A stretch of 64,000 bases of DNA, from contig CAIVRE010000017.1 of the NCBI GenBank assembly GCA_903908245.1, positions 133-64,132 of the forward strand, written 5' to 3'. Positions 1-8,599 of the stretch are shown in pieces. Within the stretch, counting starts at the first letter, position 1; each line of letters starts with the position of its first letter. The notes beneath the pieces are model-generated. The model saw nothing but the letters and a program-made list of their open reading frames with translations, was not told the DNA's origin and ran no database searches. The translations under genes were made by a program, and so were the position numbers. The DNA is from Candidatus Omnitrophota bacterium. GTDB taxonomy: Bacteria > Omnitrophota > Gorgyraeia > Zapsychrales > Fredricksoniimonadaceae.

Positions 1-2
1 GC

Positions 3-2261
3 TATTTTTTCAAGAAACAGTACCTGAAAGCTTTTGCTGTTTTCCAGGAACTGGCCAAGCGCAGTGAATACAAGGATGTCACACTCTTCTGGCTGGGGGA
101 AACGTATCTAAAAGTGGGGGACAGCGCCAAGGCCCAGGAACAGTACCATCAGATCATCGAAGGCTATCCCAATTCGCTTTATGCCCCGCAATCGTATTAC
201 TCCCTGGGGTGGAGTTATTTTGAAAAATCCGCTTATGAGGACGCGAAAAAATCTTTTTCCAGGCTCGTTGAATTGTTTCCGTCCAATAATCTCGCGGAAG
301 ATGCCGCGTTCAAGCTTGGGGAATGTGATTATAACGCGGCCAATTACGAAGGGGCTGTTTTCTATTTTAATAAATACACGGTTTCTTATCCGAATTCCGT
401 ACGCTTTGCCGAAGCCTTGTTCAATATCGGCGAGTCTTATTATTATCTTGAACAGTTTGACCGGGCGGCGGAATTTTATGAAAAGGCCCGTGCGGCCGCG
501 GTCGATCCACGGACAGCCCTTAACGCAATGGTCGGAAGAGGCTGGAGTTTATTCAAGAAAAATGATTTTGAGGGAGCCCTTAAAGCCTTCGATTCTGCCC
601 AGGCGCACGCCAAAGTGAATAATTTTCCCGAAGATGACGTTCTTTTAGGCAAGGCCAGTTTATATACGGCCCAGGAAAAATATAAAGAGGCCGCGGCAAG
701 TTACGGGGAGGTCATTGAACGTTTTACAGCCAGTGCGCGTATCCCGGAAAGTTATCTTGGCCGCGCTAATGCGTATTATTTAATGAATAATTTCGCAAAA
801 GCGATCGAAGATTATAAGGCGCTTATCGCTTTACCTTCCGGGAACGGCCAGAATGACAAAACTTTGGAAAAGGCGCGTTTCGGGCTTGCCTGGACATATC
901 TCAAGAACGGCAATATTGACCTGTCGATCGAAAGTTTTAAAGGGGTCCTCGACAAGACCGAGAGTAAAACGGTCAAGGTCAGTGCGCTGACCCAGATAGG
1001 GGATGCTTACCAGGAAGCCGGGCAGGTTGATAAAGCCATTGAAACATATGACCGGGTCCTGAAAGATATGCCGGATACCCCGTACTCCGACTATGTTCAA
1101 TATCGTTTGGGCGTGGCTTTACTTAAAGTCGGGAAGATCGACGCGGCGATATTATCATTCCAGGCGTTGAAGACGAATTATCCGAAAAGTAAATACATTG
1201 CCGAATCACAGTATTATTTGGGGGTATCTTATTTCAAGAAACGGGATTGGACTGCCGCTCTTGAGGTCCTTGGGCCATTCCTTCAGACGGTAACACAGGA
1301 CAATGACTTTTCTTCCGAGGCGCGTTACCTAGAAGCCCTGTCTTTCTTTAATTTAAAACAGAATGACAAGGCCCTGGCCGCGTTCTTGCAGATGCAGAAG
1401 GATTTCCCTTCCAAACCCGCTGTCCAGCAGAATGCGGAACTCGGGATCGCTAAAACAAAATATGAAATGGGAAGCACCAAAGAAGCTTTGCTTCTTTTTG
1501 AACAGATCGTTACTCGTTATCCCCGGACAGACGCGGCGCTGGAATCTTCTTTGTGGATGGGGGATCATGCCATGTCGTCCGGGCTTTATGACAGGGCAAA
1601 GGACCTGTATGCCGGGATATTGAATGATTTCCCCGAGAATGAAAAACGTTATTTGGCTCATTTTGAACTCGGCCGCGCATATTACGCCTTGGGAGTACTG
1701 GATAAAGCCCTTGAACAATACCGTAGCGTGAATATCCCCTCCGACCCAGAACTTGCGGCCAAAGCCAAGTTGGCGATCGCCGAGATCTTTACCAAAGAAA
1801 TGGACCCGGCCAAAGCGGTGGAGGCGTATCAAAATATTATTTTAACCAGCCCGGAATACAAGAGGGATGCCCTGCTCAAGATCGCCCAGATCGACAGGAA
1901 AGCCATGAAATATGCGGAAGAACTCAACTCCTATATCGAAGCTTTGGCCGCGCCCAAGGGAGTTTCTTCGGTGAAAGATGTTCAGCTTCAATTCATGCTT
2001 GGGGATACTTATGAGGCCATGAACGAACCGGATAAAGCCGTGGAAGCGTATGTAAAAGTGCCTTACCTGCACGCGAAAGAACAGGACTGGATCGTAAAGG
2101 CTTATTTACGGATAGGCAAGATCTACGAGAACAAGGAAGAGTGGGATAAGGCCGTGACCGCGTATGAAAAAGTCGGCGCTATGGATGTTGATGAGGCAAA
2201 ATTCGCCAAAGAGCGGATCTTTTGGGTAGCGAATAACAGGAACAAGAAACAGGATCAATAA
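3..2261 (+). CDS. TPR-repeat protein (YbgF/CpoB-like), 5'-partial
   Basis: The frame is open from base 3 with no upstream stop; the ORF track's first start is GTG at 114. Repeated TPR-like W/Y-G-Y...A...F...P motifs run throughout. It lies directly upstream of the ExbB/TolQ-ExbD/TolR genes. Confidence 0.8.
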   Translation, partial: YFFKKQYLKAFAVFQELAKRSEYKDVTLFWLGETYLKVGDSAKAQEQYHQIIEGYPNSLYAPQSYYSLGWSYFEKSAYEDAKKSFSRLVELFPSNNLAEDAAFKLGECDYNAANYEGAVFYFNKYTVSYPNSVRFAEALFNIGESYYYLEQFDRAAEFYEKARAAAVDPRTALNAMVGRGWSLFKKNDFEGALKAFDSAQAHAKVNNFPEDDVLLGKASLYTAQEKYKEAAASYGEVIERFTASARIPESYLGRANAYYLMNNFAKAIEDYKALIALPSGNGQNDKTLEKARFGLAWTYLKNGNIDLSIESFKGVLDKTESKTVKVSALTQIGDAYQEAGQVDKAIETYDRVLKDMPDTPYSDYVQYRLGVALLKVGKIDAAILSFQALKTNYPKSKYIAESQYYLGVSYFKKRDWTAALEVLGPFLQTVTQDNDFSSEARYLEALSFFNLKQNDKALAAFLQMQKDFPSKPAVQQNAELGIAKTKYEMGSTKEALLLFEQIVTRYPRTDAALESSLWMGDHAMSSGLYDRAKDLYAGILNDFPENEKRYLAHFELGRAYYALGVLDKALEQYRSVNIPSDPELAAKAKLAIAEIFTKEMDPAKAVEAYQNIILTSPEYKRDALLKIAQIDRKAMKYAEELNSYIEALAAPKGVSSVKDVQLQFMLGDTYEAMNEPDKAVEAYVKVPYLHAKEQDWIVKAYLRIGKIYENKEEWDKAVTAYEKVGAMDVDEAKFAKERIFWVANNRNKKQDQ

Positions 2262-2274
2262 GAGCGGGCAGGAT

Positions 2275-2934
2275 ATGCCGGAAATAAAGCCATTGCAAAT
2301 ATTCTTACTGGGCGGCCCTTTAATGTGGCCGATCCTTTTATGTTCGGTATTCGCGCTGGCGATCGTCATCGAAAAGCTGGTCTTTTTTCATGGCCTTCGC
2401 GAGAATGTGGTGGACCTGAAGGACCGGATCTTTACCGCAGTGCGTAAGAACGATATTAAAGGCGCAATGGTCGTATGTGATCTTTCTGGTACTCCCGTTT
2501 CCAGGATCCTCAAATCCGGCCTGCTTCATTATGGCCGCAGCAAGGCGGACATCGAGGCGGCGATGGAGAATGTCAGCCGGTATGAAGTCCCTCTTTTGGA
2601 AGAACGAATGCCGACTCTTTTGGCCATCGGGCAGGTGGCTCCTCTTCTGGGGCTTCTTGGAACAGTCATAGGGATGTGTTCACTGTTCCACACCATGTCC
2701 CTGCGGGCACAAGCCTTGAATCAACTGATGCCAGGTAGTGTTGCCGGCGGCCTTTGGGAGGCGCTCATAACAACAGCCGCCGGATTAATGGTAGCGATCC
2801 CTTGTGTCCTGGCTCATAGTTATCTGGTCGGCTGTCAGACGGATTATGTTGTTCTGATGGAAAGGACTGCTGCGGATCTGGCGCACTTTCTGGACCATAT
2901 CATGGATCCGGATCAAAATGACAACAGGGGATAG
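2275..2934 (+). CDS. MotA/TolQ/ExbB family proton-channel protein
   Basis: 219 aa with three TM helices, N-terminal MWPILLCS and a C-terminal TM pair with conserved LLG..G and W..L.TTA.GL segments typical of TolQ/ExbB. Confidence 0.85.
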   Translation: MPEIKPLQIFLLGGPLMWPILLCSVFALAIVIEKLVFFHGLRENVVDLKDRIFTAVRKNDIKGAMVVCDLSGTPVSRILKSGLLHYGRSKADIEAAMENVSRYEVPLLEERMPTLLAIGQVAPLLGLLGTVIGMCSLFHTMSLRAQALNQLMPGSVAGGLWEALITTAAGLMVAIPCVLAHSYLVGCQTDYVVLMERTAADLAHFLDHIMDPDQNDNRG

Positions 2935-2937
2935 CAC

Positions 2938-3339
2938 GTGGATTTTCGCAAACATCTTCAAACAACGAAAGTTCCCGGGTTTCATCTGGTGCCTTTGATC
3001 AACATTGTTCTTTTATTATTCCTGTTTTGGACCATTTCTCCTTTATTCACAGGCATGCCGTCTGTAAAAGTCAGGCTGCCGGGGGCTGTCACCAGTGATA
3101 TTTCCAATGGCGAGAATATTACGGTCATTGTTTCCAGTGAAAATATTTTCTTTTATAATAACAAGGTGGTAACGCTCCAGGAACTCAGAGAGGTCTTGTC
3201 ACGGCCTCAAGGGCAGCGTCGGCCAGTCCTTATAAAAGCTGACCGGCGAGCTTCGGTCGGAAGGCTGGTGGACCTTTGGAATCTCGGACGAAGCCTTGGG
3301 GTGGAAAGGATCGATGTTGCTTGCGACCGTGAAGAATAA
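2938..3339 (+). CDS. ExbD/TolR family biopolymer transport protein
   Basis: 133 aa with a GTG start. The N-terminal PLIDVVLLLLIFF-type TM helix followed by a periplasmic domain is typical of ExbD/TolR. It sits 3 nt downstream of the ExbB/TolQ homolog. Confidence 0.8.
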   Translation: MDFRKHLQTTKVPGFHLVPLINIVLLLFLFWTISPLFTGMPSVKVRLPGAVTSDISNGENITVIVSSENIFFYNNKVVTLQELREVLSRPQGQRRPVLIKADRRASVGRLVDLWNLGRSLGVERIDVACDREE

Positions 3340-3754
3340 CTGGCTAAGTCCCCGTTTTATAGCCATGATCCTGTTGGCCGGATTGTTGCATGCTTTTGTA
3401 TTCACGTATGTTGTTTTTACGACGCGCGGGATGTCTCAGCCATACAGGGTAGACATGATCTTCTGGGGGAGCATATTGCGCAAGCAGGACCTGCAGCCCC
3501 AAATGCTTTCCCCGGGGAAAGAGATCAGTAAGGTGCTGGTCCTTGAGCCGTCAAAGTTACTGGGGGTTGTACAGTCGAAGGCCTGGCAATTGGGTGTGAT
3601 AGTGGATAAACCGGTCATATCCCTGCCTGATGGGGAAGCGGTATTACCGAACAAATTTTTAACCCGGAGGGTTGAGGTCGATGATGCTGTACCGGAGGCG
3701 ATCCCCGGGATCCCTGACGCGCCGAGGATCCCCCTTAGGATGCCGCGTCAATGA
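3296..3754 (+). CDS. hypothetical membrane-anchored protein (possible TolA/TonB-like anchor lacking a recognisable C-terminal domain)
   Basis: ORF with one N-terminal TM helix (MILLAGLLHAFVFTYVVF) and a Pro-containing C-terminus. It occupies the position where tolA/tonB would be. The start is uncertain (ATG 3296, 3314 or 3365), and the 5' end overlaps exbD/tolR. Confidence 0.45.
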   Translation: MGWKGSMLLATVKNNWLSPRFIAMILLAGLLHAFVFTYVVFTTRGMSQPYRVDMIFWGSILRKQDLQPQMLSPGKEISKVLVLEPSKLLGVVQSKAWQLGVIVDKPVISLPDGEAVLPNKFLTRRVEVDDAVPEAIPGIPDAPRIPLRMPRQ

Positions 3755-3999
3755 TCAGGTTCGACCTTGAAACATTCGCAGGGGGTTATTTCTTTACGCT
3801 CCTGGGTGTTCTTGTGTTTTTATGGCTGTTCTCTTTTCGCCGCAAGAAAGCAGCTGAACAATGGAATATGACCGATCATGTCAAGCGATGCCCTTACTGC
3901 GGGCATGTCTTTATTGACCAGACCGGCCAGGGCCCGATGAAATGCCCTTTATGCGAAAGTTATCTGGAGGTATTTGATGCTGATCAAGCCAAAAAATAA
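3751..3999 (+). CDS. small membrane protein with C-terminal zinc-ribbon (CxxC...CxxC)
   Basis: 82 aa with an N-terminal TM helix, then CPYC-N16-CPLC. Its start overlaps the previous stop (ATGA). Confidence 0.5.
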   Translation: MIRFDLETFAGGYFFTLLGVLVFLWLFSFRRKKAAEQWNMTDHVKRCPYCGHVFIDQTGQGPMKCPLCESYLEVFDADQAKK

Positions 4000-4285
4000 G
4001 GAATCCGGGATCATTCTGGTCATTGTGATCACTTTTATCCTGATGATGAGTATCACGATGGTCGGGGTATTCTCCAGGAATGCGTCCACATCGCTTACCC
4101 CGATCGAGCAGATCAAGCGCTCCAAGGCCGAGATCCTGGCCAAAGCAGGGTATTGGGATGCTTATTCACGCTTAAGTTCGGGGCTTGCGTTAGCCAATAA
4201 AGTTGTATGGCTGGATAATATTACATATAATATTGATTTTTACAGGACCGGGTCCAAAATCGAAGTGAATGTCACATATCCGTAA
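3974..4285 (+). CDS. hypothetical membrane protein (GspK/PilX-like N-terminal helix, no prepilin cleavage motif)
   Basis: 103 aa. The hydrophobic N-terminus SGIILVIVITFILMMSITMVGV resembles a pseudopilin transmembrane segment but lacks the G/FTLIE motif. It overlaps the previous gene by 26 nt. Confidence 0.4.
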   Translation: MMLIKPKNKESGIILVIVITFILMMSITMVGVFSRNASTSLTPIEQIKRSKAEILAKAGYWDAYSRLSSGLALANKVVWLDNITYNIDFYRTGSKIEVNVTYP

Positions 4286-4305
4286 CCATTTTAATTTGAA
4301 ACTGT

Positions 4306-4334
4306 TTGACAAAGGTTGGCCGATAGTCTTTAAT
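4306..4334 (+). promoter_or_regulatory. putative sigma70 promoter for pil operon: TTGACA-N17-TTTAAT
   Basis: Consensus -35 TTGACA at 4306-4311 and -10-like TTTAAT at 4329-4334. They lie about 24 nt upstream of the pilM start at 4358. Confidence 0.4.
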
Positions 4335-4357
4335 AATTTAAATGGATCTATTCTTTA

Positions 4358-5968
4358 ATGGTCAATAATAAAAAACTAGGGATCTGTTGGGGCAATGCCG
4401 GCATAAGCCTGGTTGAGCTCAATAAAGACATCGCCGTCAGTTCGACGTTCGTGCCTTTTAATGATGTTGACCGCGACTCCAGGCCTGGCATCCGGGATCT
4501 GAGCGCGGATCTCAGGTTGCTTGAAAACCTGCAAAGGGCCTTGCGCTCCGGTTCTTTCTCAGTAGGCAATGCGTTCTTCTCCCTTCCGTCCAAAGATATT
4601 ATCGTTCGCTGGTTCATTATTCCCTGGGTCAAGGCAGAAGAGATCCAGGGCATGGTGGCGTTCGAAGCCAAGAAGTATATCCCTTTTCCTTTGGAAGATC
4701 TTTTTTTCAACTATTATCCGACAACGATCACCAAGGATGGCGCCAGGCAGATCGGGATAGCCTTGACCGCCATCCGCAAAACACAATATGAGCATTACTG
4801 TAATGTCCTGCTCCAGGCCGGTGTGAACGTGGTTTACAGTGAACCGTCGGCGATGAGCCTTTTGCGTTCGCTGGTGTTCCGCAAGCTGATCAATACCGAG
4901 AAGGTCAGCGGGATCCTTGTCGCACGGGAAGATTCCTGCGAGATCGCTGTTGTTTCCAAAGGGTTTGTACGGTTCATCCGTGACTTCTCGCTTCAGTCGG
5001 CGCAGACTTCCAGTGAATCAAAAGATGATGACTTCTTTCGCCTGAAGTTGTTCAATGAAGTCAAAATGTCGCTGGATTTCTTCTCGCGGAACAACGCGAC
5101 ACCGGAAGTGGAACGGATCGTTGCGATCTCGTCAGGAATAAATCCGTCATTCCTGGAGGGGATGCACGAGGACCTCGGCCTTCCTGTTGATACCCTGGTG
5201 CCTGAACAAATACTTGAAAAGGGTAATAATACTACGCTCGTTGATCTGGGGTATGTCCGGGCTTTTGGTGCGGCCCTTTCCGGAGCTGTGCCCGCGGTCA
5301 TTGATTTTAATCTAAGCGAGGGGAATGTTCATGGCGGCCAGAAAAAGCCGGAACGCGTCAAGACGTTCAGCATACCTCCGCAGGCTCTTTTGATCGCGGC
5401 GGTCGCGTGCGGATGCCTTGCGCTTCTGGCGCTCAGCTGGTGGTGGATGAACGACCAGCTTGCGAAGAAACAATCGCTTAAAGTGGAAGTTTCTTCCCGG
5501 CTTGGCCGGTATCTTGAGATACCGAAAGAAGATATTGACAATAAAGTCGCATTATTGACGAGCAAGATCAACGCGATCAAGAGTTTGTCGTTGAAAAGTT
5601 CACTGGCCCCGTTCTTTGTGGATCTTGTGACTTTATTGCCCAAAGAGGCCTGGCTTGATTCGGTCGAGATCTCTTATGACAGCACCAATCCGGGAAGAGG
5701 TGCAGCGTCGGGGAAATATGCGCGTTCCAAGAAACTCCTGGCGGCGGATTATTATATTGTCAAGTATTCTGCGCAAATGACCATTTCAGGTTTTGTTTTT
5801 CTGGGGGACACTAATGCGGAATTCAATGTCATCAATCAGTTCGTTGAAACGCTCAAGAATGCGGCCCAGGTCAAACGGTTCTTTTCCGATATTAAATTAA
5901 AATCCTTGCAGACAACAAACAGCGGCCCGAAACAAACAATAACCGCGTTCACGATAGAGTTCCAATGA
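4358..5968 (+). CDS. pilM: type IV pilus assembly protein PilM fused to PilN
   Basis: 536 aa. The N-terminal ~320 aa is an actin-like ATPase fold typical of PilM (LGICWGNAGISLVEL start, compare GIDIGSSSIK). A single TM helix (LLIAAVACGCLALLALSWWW) is followed by ~190 aa of coiled coil plus a PilN-like domain. Confidence 0.8.
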   Translation: MVNNKKLGICWGNAGISLVELNKDIAVSSTFVPFNDVDRDSRPGIRDLSADLRLLENLQRALRSGSFSVGNAFFSLPSKDIIVRWFIIPWVKAEEIQGMVAFEAKKYIPFPLEDLFFNYYPTTITKDGARQIGIALTAIRKTQYEHYCNVLLQAGVNVVYSEPSAMSLLRSLVFRKLINTEKVSGILVAREDSCEIAVVSKGFVRFIRDFSLQSAQTSSESKDDDFFRLKLFNEVKMSLDFFSRNNATPEVERIVAISSGINPSFLEGMHEDLGLPVDTLVPEQILEKGNNTTLVDLGYVRAFGAALSGAVPAVIDFNLSEGNVHGGQKKPERVKTFSIPPQALLIAAVACGCLALLALSWWWMNDQLAKKQSLKVEVSSRLGRYLEIPKEDIDNKVALLTSKINAIKSLSLKSSLAPFFVDLVTLLPKEAWLDSVEISYDSTNPGRGAASGKYARSKKLLAADYYIVKYSAQMTISGFVFLGDTNAEFNVINQFVETLKNAAQVKRFFSDIKLKSLQTTNSGPKQTITAFTIEFQ

Positions 5969-5981
5969 GCCCAGGGGCATA

Positions 5982-6620
5982 ATGGTAAAGTTCAATTTTG
6001 ATGACACGAATGCGTATGGCGGTGTAGGAAAGTTCGGCGGGAAAAGTGCGCCTTCTGCACTTCCCAAACTTACGCTTAAGGATCTTAAAGATCTTGCGTT
6101 CAAGTACAAGGTCGAAACCGCTTGCGCGGGTGCTGTTCTTGTAACGATCGTCATCATCTGGCCGTTCTGTGCCATCCAGATGGGAAAGATCAGCGTTCTG
6201 GCCAATGATATTCAGGTGATGACAGATAAAGAAAAACCGATCCAGGATGTCGATAATCTTTCCAAAGAAGCAAAGACCCTGCTTGACGGTGTGCCGGAAT
6301 CTTTACCGGAGAACCGTTTTATTACCCAATTGACATCGCTGGCCAATAAACGTAATGTTACCGTAACAGCCATCTCACCGCCGGCATCCAAAGACAACGG
6401 TTTTTTCGGCCGGATAAGCACTCAGCTTTCATGTTCCGTGAATGGGTTTAAGAATGCGCTGCTTTTTATTAATGACATTGAACAAGCTCCATATGCCTTG
6501 AAAGTGGATTCCTGGAGTGTACGGCCTTCCAGTCTTCCTGATGCCAAAGGGCCGGGGGATGATTCGGTAAAACTTGACATGACGGTTATCGTGTCTTCTA
6601 TTGAGCTATTAGGAAAATGA
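5982..6620 (+). CDS. pilO: type IV pilus assembly protein PilO
   Basis: 212 aa with an N-terminal TM helix, a coiled coil and a C-terminal domain. It lies between the pilMN fusion and pilP. Confidence 0.65.
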   Translation: MVKFNFDDTNAYGGVGKFGGKSAPSALPKLTLKDLKDLAFKYKVETACAGAVLVTIVIIWPFCAIQMGKISVLANDIQVMTDKEKPIQDVDNLSKEAKTLLDGVPESLPENRFITQLTSLANKRNVTVTAISPPASKDNGFFGRISTQLSCSVNGFKNALLFINDIEQAPYALKVDSWSVRPSSLPDAKGPGDDSVKLDMTVIVSSIELLGK

Positions 6621-7096
6621 AAAAGATGATCGATCGTAATCCATGGACTTTGTTTTGGCTGACAGGAATTTTGACGGCTTTTATATTTTTCCGTGTGTCC
6701 GAAGGCTTTGCCGCCACGACACAGAAACCGGGAGTTGTCGGAGCGATAGAGCAGGCGATCCATGCCTTGATCGATCCTTTTAAGACAAAAGTAAAAGCAC
6801 CGGAACCGGTACCGGAACCTACGCCGCCGCCTGCGCCGCCTACGCCGCCTCCACCGCCTCCGCCGCCGCCGCCGCCGCCGGTAGTAGATCCGCCCAAATT
6901 GGCCCTGACCGGCATTATTTACAATGCGGCGCGCCCCATGGCGCTATTGAACGGAGAGGTAGTGGAACAAGGGCAAACGATCACCATCCACGAGGGGGAT
7001 GTCGCGGTCACGAAAATAAACAAAAACAATATCCAGGTCCAGTATAAAAATACAGACTTCGTCATTGCTATTACAGATACAACCCGGGGGGAATGA
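6617..7096 (+). CDS. pilP: type IV pilus assembly lipoprotein-like PilP with Pro-rich linker
   Basis: 159 aa with an N-terminal signal/TM segment, a (P/T/A)-rich linker including P12, and a C-terminal beta domain (LTGIIYN...ALLNGEVVEQGQTI) typical of PilP. Its stop overlaps the pilQ start. Confidence 0.7.
   Translation: MKKMIDRNPWTLFWLTGILTAFIFFRVSEGFAATTQKPGVVGAIEQAIHALIDPFKTKVKAPEPVPEPTPPPAPPTPPPPPPPPPPPPVVDPPKLALTGIIYNAARPMALLNGEVVEQGQTITIHEGDVAVTKINKNNIQVQYKNTDFVIAITDTTRGE
6860..6880 (+). repeat. (CCG)7 perfect trinucleotide tract inside pilP linker, flanked by degenerate GCC/CCG units (~6820-6885)
   Basis: Directly visible as ccgccgccgccgccgccgccg in frame, encoding Pro7. Confidence 0.9.
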
Positions 7097-8589
7097 TGAT
7101 CAACTTGCGTATGATGCCGTTCTTTTTTCTTTCTTTTGTAATGCTCTCCGGGCCTGTAATGGCAAGCCAGGAAGGAACGTCCGGCTTTGTACTTCCTCAA
7201 TATTCCCAGAAACTTTCTCTGGATTTCAAGAGTGCCGACCTGAAAGATGTCCTTAAGGCGCTTTCAAAACAGATCGGGGCGAACTTTATTCTCAATAAGG
7301 ATGTGGCCCCTGATATCAAGATCACTGTTTATCTGGAAAATGTCCCGGTAGAAGAATCCCTGAACCAGGTCCTATTGGCCAATGATCTTATTTATGAGTA
7401 CAATGAATCAATGAATCTCTTTATTGTAAAAACAAAACCGGTGGCGCTAGAGACGACCATTACCCGGATATTCGCGTTGAGGTATGCTTCCGTCGATTCC
7501 TCGAAAATGAAGACCACTGTGGCCGCCGGATCCGGAGCCGCAGCTCCAGCTGCTTCCGGCGGAGGTTCGCTCACCGCAGCGATCTCTTCTGTATTGACCA
7601 AGAATGGCAAGGTCGTTGATGATACCCGCACGAACAGCCTTGTTATCACCGATGTTGAAACAAATTTTCCAGCGATCGAACGGATGATCGCCAGGCTTGA
7701 TATCCCGGTCCGCCAGGTGGTCATTGAAATGGAAATGCTGGATGTTTCCACCAGCGTCCTGGATAAACTTGGTTCCAATATTAATTTGAATGCCCATATT
7801 AACAATGAGACCAAGGGGAGTGTTTTCCCCTGGAGGACCAACCGGGTTACAGAGCTGAATTTAACGCAAACCAATACTTTTTCTTCCGGGACTCTGAATT
7901 TTGCCAACTCCATGCTGGTGCTGGATTTCTTAAAACAACAGTCCTCAACAAGGACTTTGGCACGCCCGCGCATCGTTACACCGGACAATGAGACCGCGAC
8001 GATCCAGATCACAACGAATGAAGTAATAGGCGGTAAAAAGACTGATGCAACAAGCACTTCTGCTGCCACTGTAGCCCTTGAGCGTTATGAGACAGGCGTT
8101 TCTTTAACCGTTACACCGCAGGTCAACGCATTGACAAATGAGATATTATTGTCTATTGCCCCCAAAGTTATAGATGCCGGGACTATACAGACCATTATGA
8201 TTGATGGCACCTCCACTGAATATAAAAACCCGGAGGAGCGCAGTGTTAATATCACGGTACGAGTGGAGAATGGAAAGACCGCCGTCATCGGAGGATTATT
8301 GCGCTACCAGGACAACAGTGTTAATTCCAGTGTCCCGATATTAAGCAAGATCCCCTTGATCGGATTCTTTTTTAAACATAAAGTGGTAAACAAAGCCGAT
8401 CGCGAACTGGTCGTTTTTCTCACCCCGCGCGTTCTTGATCCGAATCAGCCGATTTCGGTGGATCCCAACAATAAATTTGCTCGTCCAAAAAGCTTGCGTG
8501 AACAACTGGCGCCGGATCGGGAGCAAACCGCCCCGGATATCCGCTCGGGCCTTATTGATCGCGAAATGGACAAGCTCAACGGGTTTTAA
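7093..8589 (+). CDS. pilQ: type IV pilus secretin PilQ (compact, no AMIN domains)
   Basis: 498 aa with a signal peptide. The C-terminal secretin signature is VPILSKIPLIGFFFKHKVVNKADRELVVFLTPRVL. Confidence 0.85.
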   Translation: MMINLRMMPFFFLSFVMLSGPVMASQEGTSGFVLPQYSQKLSLDFKSADLKDVLKALSKQIGANFILNKDVAPDIKITVYLENVPVEESLNQVLLANDLIYEYNESMNLFIVKTKPVALETTITRIFALRYASVDSSKMKTTVAAGSGAAAPAASGGGSLTAAISSVLTKNGKVVDDTRTNSLVITDVETNFPAIERMIARLDIPVRQVVIEMEMLDVSTSVLDKLGSNINLNAHINNETKGSVFPWRTNRVTELNLTQTNTFSSGTLNFANSMLVLDFLKQQSSTRTLARPRIVTPDNETATIQITTNEVIGGKKTDATSTSAATVALERYETGVSLTVTPQVNALTNEILLSIAPKVIDAGTIQTIMIDGTSTEYKNPEERSVNITVRVENGKTAVIGGLLRYQDNSVNSSVPILSKIPLIGFFFKHKVVNKADRELVVFLTPRVLDPNQPISVDPNNKFARPKSLREQLAPDREQTAPDIRSGLIDREMDKLNGF

Positions 8590-8599
8590 AAGGATAACT

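Noticed and set aside
181-618. A 145-aa + strand ORF in an alternative frame inside the TPR gene, and similar alternative-frame ORFs (26451-27041, 26247-26444, 32198-32437)
   Set aside because: They overlap well-supported genes in another frame, show Arg/Ser/Pro-rich composition, and have no motifs.
8435-8599. ORF-track 5' extensions of pilB (8435), pilin paralog 2 (12284), the minor pilin (13116), gatA (41797) and pdxA (37747)
   Set aside because: The extensions overlap upstream genes, and their translations are not protein-like. Internal ATGs at 8600, 12341, 13251, 41953 and 37840 give canonical N-termini (the prepilin leader, the GatA N-terminus and the PdxA GDP.GIG motif). Those at 8600 and 12341 also have SD sequences.
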